From assembly GCA_035647455.1 (NCBI GenBank), contig DASRNI010000002.1:66051-130050 (forward strand): 64,000 nucleotides of DNA. The letters are read 5' to 3'. The notes beneath the pieces were generated by a model that worked only from the letters and a program-made list of their open reading frames with translations, was not told where the DNA came from and ran no database searches. Made by a program: the position numbers and the translations under genes. Below, piece by piece: positions 58,573 to 64,000 of the stretch (its first letter is position 1; each line of letters begins with the position of its first letter). This DNA comes from Bacilli bacterium (lineage in GTDB: Bacteria; Bacillota_I; Bacilli_A; RFN20; CAG-826).

Positions 58573-58657
58573 GAACCCCCACCCCCTAAAAAAGTCATTA
58601 TAGGAAGTTGAACCCCAAAACTTACTTCATTCCATGTCTATTGATGGAACCCCAAAA
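58573..58657. repeat. C-tract cluster with an 11-nt direct repeat GAACCCCAAAA (58610-58620 and 58647-58657) and a related GAACCCCC (58573-58580)
   Basis: Read directly from the sequence. It sits between the tRNA-Thr terminator and the 3' end of the first recombinase gene. Confidence 0.5.
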
Positions 58658-60125
58658 AATAAACATAAACAGAGTAACTAACAAGTTCATAAAATTTTGT
58701 AAATGCATAGGTTGTTTCGTGAATAATATTATTACTATCTAAAGCAAGCGAATCGTCGTTTGTTACATTAAGTTTCAAATGAAATGCATTTTCTTTTACG
58801 ATGACTTTACTAAAGATAACGCGTAGTTCATTAATATCGTAATCACGATTAACAGTAAGTAGCATGCGGATCTTATTTAGTTTCTGAAGTGCCTTTAGGT
58901 CACCGAGGCGAGTTACAAGAAACGTCTCCTCGCTTAAGTAATGATCATTGCTAATTCGTTCATTTAAGGCGGATATTGTCTCAAGAACAAGCAGAAGTAA
59001 GTTACTCCGTATTTCGTTAAGCACGAAGTTTAATAAGTTTATGATCACAACTGTTTGAAACCCAAGTCGACTTACTTTGCCTTTAATCCCCGGGCAGTAT
59101 ATGGTTGGAATTACGCTTGTTACGTTCCCCGCCTTGCCTTTTGGCTTTTCTAAGGAATAACGGAAATAACGGTTATGCGCTGTTGAGTAGACAAACTTAG
59201 CGTACGCTGACCATTTCTTTGTCCCATCCTTGGAAACATGATCATGGCGCGATTTACGTAATGCTTGAGCTTTAAGAAACGTCTCTTTACTAATAATTGA
59301 TGCGTGATTATTTTCAATTAAGTAAACATCCGCTAAACCATGCTTATTAACCGTTTTAACGCCTTTCTTAGTAAAGTACTTACCGAGAATCATATCACCA
59401 GTATATTTCTCATTTTGGAGCATTCCTTCAAGTGTCGCTCGTGACCAGTAGTCGTTACCTTTCCTGGTTTTAATGTTATTTTTATGTAAGTAATTAATAA
59501 TTTCTTGGTACGTCTTTTTTGCTAAATAAAGTTCATAAACTTTACGAACAACAGCGGCTTCATCTTCAATAATAATAAATTTTTTATTAATTATCTTATA
59601 ACCATACAGTTGGCTTGTTAAATTGTCACCTTGGCGTTTTCGTTTATTAATTGACCAATGATTATTTTCGGCAATGTTATTACTTTCTTCTTCAGCGTGA
59701 CTTGCTAGAAGTGAGAAGAGAAAATCAAACGAATCGTCAAGCGAAGAAATATTTTCTTTTTGAAAGTAGATTTCAACATTAAGTAACCGTAATTCACGCA
59801 CAACATTAATTGTTTCAACGAGGTTACGGCCGAAGCGCGAAATTGATTTTGTAATGATCACATCGATTTCTTTCGCTCTTGCTAGTTCGAGCATTGTTGT
59901 AAAGTTTTTTCGCTCTTTTAGGGCACTCCCTGAAGCTTTGTCTTTAAAGACTCCAAGGAAGATGTAGTTATCATTACTTTTAATAAACGCTGTTAATTCT
60001 TCGATTTGTAAAGCGTACGATGTTTCTTGTAACTCTTTATCGGTTGATACTCGAGCGTAGCCAACCGCACGCTTTTTAAGGGCACTAGTTGGCGCGAGAG
60101 CTTTAATCACACTAACGCTATGCAT
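58638..60125 (-). CDS. Large serine recombinase (downstream member of the pair; no Cys4 zinc ribbon)
   Basis: VGYARVSTD contains the catalytic Ser, and ITKSISRFGRN is present. It is about 495 aa from ATG 60125, which overlaps the upstream gene's stop in ATGCATAG. The C-terminal half has only one Cys. Confidence 0.88.
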   Translation of the reverse strand: MHSVSVIKALAPTSALKKRAVGYARVSTDKELQETSYALQIEELTAFIKSNDNYIFLGVFKDKASGSALKERKNFTTMLELARAKEIDVIITKSISRFGRNLVETINVVRELRLLNVEIYFQKENISSLDDSFDFLFSLLASHAEEESNNIAENNHWSINKRKRQGDNLTSQLYGYKIINKKFIIIEDEAAVVRKVYELYLAKKTYQEIINYLHKNNIKTRKGNDYWSRATLEGMLQNEKYTGDMILGKYFTKKGVKTVNKHGLADVYLIENNHASIISKETFLKAQALRKSRHDHVSKDGTKKWSAYAKFVYSTAHNRYFRYSLEKPKGKAGNVTSVIPTIYCPGIKGKVSRLGFQTVVIINLLNFVLNEIRSNLLLLVLETISALNERISNDHYLSEETFLVTRLGDLKALQKLNKIRMLLTVNRDYDINELRVIFSKVIVKENAFHLKLNVTNDDSLALDSNNIIHETTYAFTKFYELVSYSVYVYFLGFHQ

Positions 60126-61719
60126 AAAGCACAACCTCAAAGAAAATGCCTCGGCGTTCATCTTCGGCAAGATGCATTTTACTAAATAGTGGTGGTGCGT
60201 TTAAAAGTGTTTCGGTGTTTTCTAAAAGTTCATCTAAAGTTTGCCGTGGGGCAATTATAAAGCGGATTTTCTTGTCAGTCGCAAAGATTAATGAGTATAC
60301 GTCTTTAAACTTAATTGTTTCAGTGTTTAGCGTAGCGTTTGCTAGTGACTTTAAATAAGCAAGTTTTACGAGACTAGAAGTCTCAATGCTTATTTGTTTG
60401 GAAATCTCTTTAAGCTTTGTTTCGTGCTCTTTAATTTCGGAAACGATCTTTTCGTCATGCTTATCGTTTAAAGTTTGGTGGAGCCTAGCTATTGCTTGTT
60501 GCACCGTTTCTTGCTCTTCCCGTAACTTTTCTAAGTAGTCTTCGTTATTAAATGTCGCAATTACTTGTGTGAGTTTATTTTCGTCACGCAGTAAAGTTTG
60601 TAGCGCTTCAAACGCTGCGCCATACACTAAGTCGTAAAGAGGTGAAGTTGCGTCACAATTAAAAGTGTTATGGTACGAATGGTTACAATTTAAAACAACA
60701 TAAGTTGCTGTGCCACTTTTTAAGTGTTGGCGTTTAAGTGTCCGTTTGCACTTTGGACAGTAAAGTATTCCTGTTAACGGATACTTGCTTGTTTTGTTTA
60801 ATGGTGTTTTTGTTTTCTTGCGACTATTTAAAATCGCTTGGACACTATTAAAAAGTTCGCGAGTAATAATGCCTTCATGATTATTTGAAACGTAATACTT
60901 ATCGACGATATTATCGTTTGGCACAACTTTCTTTGTTAAATAGTCAATACAGACGGTTTTACGTAGTAAAGCATCCCCACAGTACTTTTCGTTTTGCAGT
61001 ATATGGCGCACCGTTCCGTACTTAAAAGTTGAACCTTTTAATGTTAAGTGGCCTTCTTCATTTAGTGTTTTAACGATGTCGTTAATGTTGTAACCTATCA
61101 GCGCTAGATTAAAGATTTCTTTAATTACTTTTGCCTGTGGTTCATTAATGGAATATTTCCCGTCAATTACGTCGTAACCATAAAGTGGCCGTGGATCAAC
61201 GATGCCGTTCCGCGCTTTTTTCTCGATTGCCCATTTCACATTTGCGGAAATTGACCGTGATTCTTCTTGGGCAATACTTGAAAGAATTGTGAGCATGAAA
61301 TCAATCTTTGGATCAAGCGAAGAAATGTTTTCTTTTTCAAAGAAGATTTCAACGTTAAGTTCACGAATATACGTAATTACGTCAACTGTATTTCGACCAA
61401 AGCGTGAAATCGACTTTGTAAGAATTAAATCAATTTCTCCGTTGCGCGCAGCTTCAATCATTTTCATAAACTCAGGTCGTTTCTTTGCTTGGGTTCCTGA
61501 AAGTCCTTGGTCAGCGAAAAGTCCCGCATAGATATAATGGGGATTACTTGTAATCCGTGTTGTATATTCATCGCACTGTACTTTGTAGGAGTTTAATTGA
61601 TCAGCGTAATCAGTTGAGACTCTAGCGTAAGCAGCGACTTTTCGTTTCCTAACTTCGGGATTAGCAAAAGTAGAAGTTGTCGCTTCAATTTTTGTAATCA
61701 CCTTTTTGCTGTTATTCAT
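60118..61719 (-). CDS. Large serine recombinase (upstream member; with zinc ribbon)
   Basis: AAYARVSTD and LTKSISRFGRN motifs, with a recombinase domain. The zinc ribbon reads CPKCKRTLKR...NCNHSYHNTFNC. The RBS GGAGAG precedes ATG 61719. Confidence 0.9.
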   Translation of the reverse strand: MNNSKKVITKIEATTSTFANPEVRKRKVAAYARVSTDYADQLNSYKVQCDEYTTRITSNPHYIYAGLFADQGLSGTQAKKRPEFMKMIEAARNGEIDLILTKSISRFGRNTVDVITYIRELNVEIFFEKENISSLDPKIDFMLTILSSIAQEESRSISANVKWAIEKKARNGIVDPRPLYGYDVIDGKYSINEPQAKVIKEIFNLALIGYNINDIVKTLNEEGHLTLKGSTFKYGTVRHILQNEKYCGDALLRKTVCIDYLTKKVVPNDNIVDKYYVSNNHEGIITRELFNSVQAILNSRKKTKTPLNKTSKYPLTGILYCPKCKRTLKRQHLKSGTATYVVLNCNHSYHNTFNCDATSPLYDLVYGAAFEALQTLLRDENKLTQVIATFNNEDYLEKLREEQETVQQAIARLHQTLNDKHDEKIVSEIKEHETKLKEISKQISIETSSLVKLAYLKSLANATLNTETIKFKDVYSLIFATDKKIRFIIAPRQTLDELLENTETLLNAPPLFSKMHLAEDERRGIFFEVVLYA

Positions 61720-61941
61720 TTGCTTACTCTCCGTTCAGTCTTAATTCGCTTCTAAGATTAGTCGTCGTTTTTGTTTTAGCATAGTTCTTTCTTTATGCAA
61801 GTTATTAGTGCTTTTCCGTCCTTTTCTTTCATCTTATTTGCATTGTAACAAACAATTAATTGCCGTATGGGTTGGCTAAGAGCATACAAATGCAATTAAA
61901 ACTAAACTACTAAAAATGTCTGAGCAACAATAAAACTAAAT

Positions 61942-61982
61942 GCGTGGAAAATGTCCACACAAAAGTCCACGCAATTGTCCAC
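61942..61982. repeat. Three GTCCAC motifs phased at 12 bp, plus inverted repeat GCGTGGA(61942-61948)/TCCACGC(61966-61972)
   Basis: GTCCAC at 61953, 61965 and 61977, read directly from the sequence. Confidence 0.6.
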
Positions 61983-61991
61983 CCAGAATCA

Positions 61992-62051
61992 AGATATAAG
62001 AGTATAGAGATAAGATATAAGAGTATAGAGTAAAGATACTAGAGAAGATAT
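61992..62051. repeat. Direct repeats with 21-bp period: an exact 19-mer AAGATATAAGAGTATAGAG occurs twice (61992, 62013), and AAGATA cores recur at 62034 and 62046
   Basis: Read directly from the sequence. The repeats lie in the intergenic region between the recombinase operon and the methyltransferase gene. Confidence 0.7.
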
Positions 62052-62204
62052 TATCGATATTTCCGATTGTAACGATAGAATCACTTTTTCAAAGTTTCTG
62101 ATATTTCTTTTAAATAAACAACCGTAATAATAATTGCCAACGAAAAGCTGGGCTGAGTTAAAGTTTTGTACTATTATTTTTACGTTGTTAAGTGGAAAAG
62201 TTCA

Positions 62205-62233
62205 TTGATAGGTAGGGGTAAAAATGATATAAT
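62205..62233 (+). promoter_or_regulatory. Near-consensus promoter TTGATA-17 nt-TATAAT with TGn extended -10, driving the methyltransferase gene
   Basis: Hexamers at 62205-62210 and 62228-62233, with TG at 62225-62226. It lies 44 nt before ATG 62278, whose RBS is AAAGGGTGG. Confidence 0.65.
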
Positions 62234-62277
62234 TATTAAAAGAAAATAGTAATGCATAGTTAAGAAAGGGTGGATTT

Positions 62278-64000
62278 ATGAGTCTACGTGAATTATTTAA
62301 AAGTAAAATTGACAAAATAGCAAAAGAATCGTTCAATAACGAACAAAAAATTTTAGCGAAAAAGATTATTGAATCAGTTGAAGATGGATTAGTTGAGAGC
62401 GCCTACCAATTAATTTCTCAAAGGGTGAAAACGGGATTTGTTTTTGATTCAGCACCAGAAATTAATCATAATGCCATAAGTCTAGTTATGGAAAACGAAG
62501 AAATGTTTATAAATTCACCCAAGAAAGCTATAGATTATATTGAACACACACTAATAATTGGTGAAAATTATGATGCATTAAAAAACTTGTTAGTAACACA
62601 CGTTGATACAACAACAAATATGGGGTTAATCGACTTGATATACATAGATCCACCTTACGGCACTGAAAACGCCAAAAATGAGGGGAATGATTATAAAGAA
62701 GAAATAAAAAGTGAAAAGTTTATTTATAGAGATAAGTATACTAGAGATGGTTGGCTTAATTTATTAAATGAAAGATTAAAATTATCAAAAAAACTTTTAA
62801 AAGATGATGGAATGATTTTTATATCTATTGATAACAAAAACCAAGCCTATCTTAAAGTTTTGCTAGACGAGATATTTGGAGAAAACAATTTTTTAGGAAA
62901 CATATCTGTTGTAAACAACTTAAAAGGAAGATCAGATGATGAATTTTTTGCAACCTCTAGTGAGTATTTGTTAGTTTATGCTAAAAACAAAGCGCAAGTT
63001 AAAATCAAAGGCACATCTTTGACGGATGAAGAAATAGAAGCTGAATATGACAAAGAGGACGATCACGGACTATATAAATGGGTTGGGTTGAGAAAAACAG
63101 GAAAAGGGTGGCAAAGAGAAGCACGGCCATTTATGTACTATCCACTTCTAAAAAAAGATGGTGAATTTTATGCAATTACTGATGACGAATATAATAACAT
63201 TTATTTAAAAGAAACCCAAGTATTCAATGATAAATTTGTTGAGATGTTGGAACGAAAATATACCAAACTCGGTTTTGAGTTTTTCCTACCGATAGATTTG
63301 GACAACAATAAAGGCAGGTGGAGGTGGGGGTTTGACACCTACAAACGAGAAATGAAGAAGAATGTTGAATGCAACACTGCTAACACTCCTTCATCAAAAA
63401 TGAGAAGCAGTTTGGAAAATGGTGTGGAAAGACTTAAATCACATAAGACCACATGGTACAAGTCAGAGTATGATACAGGAAGTGCCGGTCTTCAACTAGA
63501 CAAAATTTTAGATACAAAAGGAATTTTCGATAACCCTAAATCCGTTGTTTTTATGAAAGATATTCTAGAATTGATTGATAAAAAAGAAGCAATTATTCTG
63601 GATTTTTTTGCTGGTTCAGGTACCACCGGGCAAGCAGTAATGGAATTGAATTTAGAAGATGGTGGAAAGAGAAAGTTTATTTTGATCACGAATAATGAAA
63701 ATAATATTGGGAAAGAAATAACTAGGGAAAGAATCTATAGAAACATTAATGGTCAAGGAAGCAAACAACAAAAAATAAAGTGGAAATACAGTAATGAGAT
63801 GAAATCCTTTATCAACAACGTGGTGAGGGTTTTTGAAATAGAACAATATGATTTGACGATTGATGACACGGAAAAAGCATATGAGTTGCTCAAAAAAGCA
63901 GAAGAACAATTTAAACTCCTAAATGAAAATTACTCGCCAAAGTCTAAATTAGACATTTATAATGAATTATCTAGTTTAAATCCGATAGTGAAGGTAAAGT
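62278..64000 (+). CDS. Beta-class N6-adenine DNA methyltransferase, Type III Mod-like (3' end beyond the window)
   Basis: The ORF is open from ATG 62278 to the window edge (574 codons) and is not in the supplied track. Motif IV DPPY lies at 62647-62658 and motif I FFAGSGTT at 63604-63627. The order IV...TRD...I is typical of Type III Mod proteins. Confidence 0.85.
   Translation, partial: MSLRELFKSKIDKIAKESFNNEQKILAKKIIESVEDGLVESAYQLISQRVKTGFVFDSAPEINHNAISLVMENEEMFINSPKKAIDYIEHTLIIGENYDALKNLLVTHVDTTTNMGLIDLIYIDPPYGTENAKNEGNDYKEEIKSEKFIYRDKYTRDGWLNLLNERLKLSKKLLKDDGMIFISIDNKNQAYLKVLLDEIFGENNFLGNISVVNNLKGRSDDEFFATSSEYLLVYAKNKAQVKIKGTSLTDEEIEAEYDKEDDHGLYKWVGLRKTGKGWQREARPFMYYPLLKKDGEFYAITDDEYNNIYLKETQVFNDKFVEMLERKYTKLGFEFFLPIDLDNNKGRWRWGFDTYKREMKKNVECNTANTPSSKMRSSLENGVERLKSHKTTWYKSEYDTGSAGLQLDKILDTKGIFDNPKSVVFMKDILELIDKKEAIILDFFAGSGTTGQAVMELNLEDGGKRKFILITNNENNIGKEITRERIYRNINGQGSKQQKIKWKYSNEMKSFINNVVRVFEIEQYDLTIDDTEKAYELLKKAEEQFKLLNENYSPKSKLDIYNELSSLNPIVKVK

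Larger units (their letters stand above)
58542..64000. mobile_element. Left part of a putative integrated element (island/ICE/prophage-like) adjacent to tRNA-Thr; right end outside the window
   Basis: It starts next to a tRNA and contains tandem large serine recombinases, a repeat-rich control region and methyltransferase cargo. Composition is visibly more AT-rich from about 61.7 kb onward. The exact left boundary is not determinable from this window. Confidence 0.6.

Noticed and set aside
58550-58660. G-quadruplex on the minus strand formed by the five G4-G5 tracts
   Set aside because: Only one inter-tract loop is short (1 nt). The others are about 25-35 nt, well outside canonical G4 loop lengths. 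A recombination-site explanation seems more plausible.
6486-61531. Many 60-140-aa ORFs antisense to or out of frame within long conserved genes (for example 6774..7034, 10219..10548, 12273..12695, 28173..28493, 35307..35645, 39896..40210, 51603..51965, 61202..61531)
   Set aside because: They are fully nested in genes with strong homology-type signatures. Their low-complexity Ser/Thr/Ile-rich translations are typical of antisense frames, and they lack RBSs.
61941-62000. 19-codon ORF MRGKCPHKSPRNCPPRIKI spanning the GTCCAC repeats
   Set aside because: It has no RBS. The periodic Cys/Pro pattern is simply the translation of the 12-bp DNA repeat, so a DNA-level function is more likely.
61992-62051. 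The 21-bp-period direct repeats as a CRISPR array
   Set aside because: There are only two exact copies plus partial cores. The repeats are contiguous with a 2-nt gap, not separated by unique spacers. No cas genes are visible.
62278-64000. Phase-variable simple-sequence repeat in the Mod-like gene
   Set aside because: No tetra- or pentanucleotide tract is present. The only candidates are A7/T7 homopolymers (about 62793, 63150, 63603), which are common background in this AT-rich segment.

Overview
This window looks like a compacted version of the conserved Bacilli backbone from a low-GC, reduced-genome Bacillota/Mycoplasmatota-like organism. The 16S is Acholeplasma/RF39-like by eye. Genetic code 11 applies, because TGA acts as a stop. 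A complete rrs-rrl-rrf operon with no spacer tRNA occupies about 1010-5925. Housekeeping blocks follow, almost all on the + strand: yloU-yloV-recG-plsX-rnc-ftsY-ylxM-ffh, rplS-lepB-rbgA-rnhB-dprA-topA-trmFO-xerC, and rpsB-tsf-pyrH-frr-uppS-cdsA-rseP-polC. The rpsP-khpA-rimM-trmD block is inverted relative to the usual order. A purine-type permease sits beside that block, and an M6-like metalloprotease lipoprotein is inserted between frr and uppS. From 39 kb onward the region is accessory. It carries a Sel1-repeat protein and three single tRNAs, all with C34 anticodons (Pro-CGG, Leu-CAA, Thr-CGU). It also carries a flavoprotein-EAL fusion that lacks the redox cysteines, a MsrA-fRMsr fusion coupled to ald, and a membrane-anchored XRE regulator. 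Further genes are degV, a 5-module acidic lipoprotein, an AhpD-like protein, a YhaO/YhaN (SbcF/SbcE)-like pair and decayed lipoprotein genes. The most interesting part is the right end (58.5-64 kb). Directly after tRNA-Thr lies an apparent integrated element with two overlapping large serine recombinases, a repeat-dense control region and a strongly promoted beta-class N6-adenine methyltransferase (Type III Mod-like). The supplied ORF track omits that methyltransferase ORF, probably because it runs off the window. The rest of the cargo lies beyond base 64000 and cannot be assessed. All coordinates of RNA ends, promoters and terminators are by-eye estimates.
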